Virus record (IMG/VR): IMGVR_UViG_3300020148_000042
Coordinates: 1 to 41,757 of that record
Strand: one strand, 5' to 3'
DNA from: a virus
Lineage: Duplodnaviria > Caudoviricetes
Length of the DNA stretch: 41,757 nt
Each line of letters begins with the position of its first letter. Position 1 is the first letter of the stretch. The notes below the pieces were generated by a model. That model was not told where the DNA came from. It did no database searches and worked only from the letters and a program-made list of their open reading frames with translations. A program made the position numbers and the translations under genes. This document shows positions 41,447 through 41,757 of this stretch, one piece after another.

Positions 41447-41757
41447 TGCAGGACTGGCTCCAGCAATTCATCAACCCGCCGGCGTCCTTCATCGCGGCGG
41501 TGTTCGGCGCGGTCATCGGCGTGGCCCTGGAGTTCCGGCGCCACACGTTGGTGACGGCAATCCTCGCAATCATCTCGGGCGTCGGGGTCGCATGGTTTGG
41601 CACCGACGCCATCGTGACGATCCTCAACCTGCCGCCGGTGGCGTCCAATGCGGTTGCCGCCATCCTCGGCATATCGGGCCGCAATCTGATCTCGTGGTGG
41701 CTCAGCGCTTCGAAAGATCCGATTTCGGTATGGGATCGCATCCGGGGGAAGAAATGA
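41446..41757 (+). CDS. Holin-like three-TM protein
   Basis: Three hydrophobic helices and a basic C-terminus; TAATG coupling. Confidence 0.72.
   Translation: MQDWLQQFINPPASFIAAVFGAVIGVALEFRRHTLVTAILAIISGVGVAWFGTDAIVTILNLPPVASNAVAAILGISGRNLISWWLSASKDPISVWDRIRGKK

Larger units (their letters stand above)
1..41757. mobile_element. Temperate siphophage/prophage genome segment (early-left genes through lysis; integration module outside the window)
   Basis: Lambdoid gene order: PL/repressor/cro, replication, antiterminator, terminases, portal, capsid, head-tail connectors, tail tube, chaperones, tape measure, tail tip, fibres, endolysin/holins. Confidence 0.97.

Overview
About 42 kb of a GC-rich, lambdoid-organised temperate siphophage or prophage. 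The host is probably an alphaproteobacterium, inferred from the gene families and a GAAC-N7-GAAC LexA-type box. Left to right it contains: (1) the start of the leftward early operon, with a (Cys-Ser-X)n repeat protein running off the window and an HNH nuclease; (2) PL with GTAC-N5-GTAC operators; (3) a 2.4 kb accessory island between PL and the repressor, holding a structured RNA with a small hydrophobic peptide, an SH3 membrane protein, and a DUF3800 gene with a downstream RNA motif; (4) a short repressor without a peptidase domain, overlapped antisense by a LexA-box-controlled promoter and ORF; (5) cro, a DnaA-C-terminal-domain protein, an initiator containing iterons, a NusG-like antiterminator and a degenerate tRNA-Gly; (6) terminase, portal, capsid and tail genes; (7) a 6.4 kb accessory block before the tape measure gene (RelE/HTH toxin-antitoxin pair, RHH plus antirepressor module, a RexAB/Kiwa-like two-gene pair, lipoproteins); (8) tail tip and fibre genes, a third small-gene island and the lysis cassette. 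No integrase or att site is visible. All family assignments come from motif recognition and synteny by eye; no database searches were run. The strongest leads are the antisense SOS switch over the repressor, the DUF3800 + RNA module, the DUF6731-like + 4-TM pair and the type-I-toxin-like structured locus.
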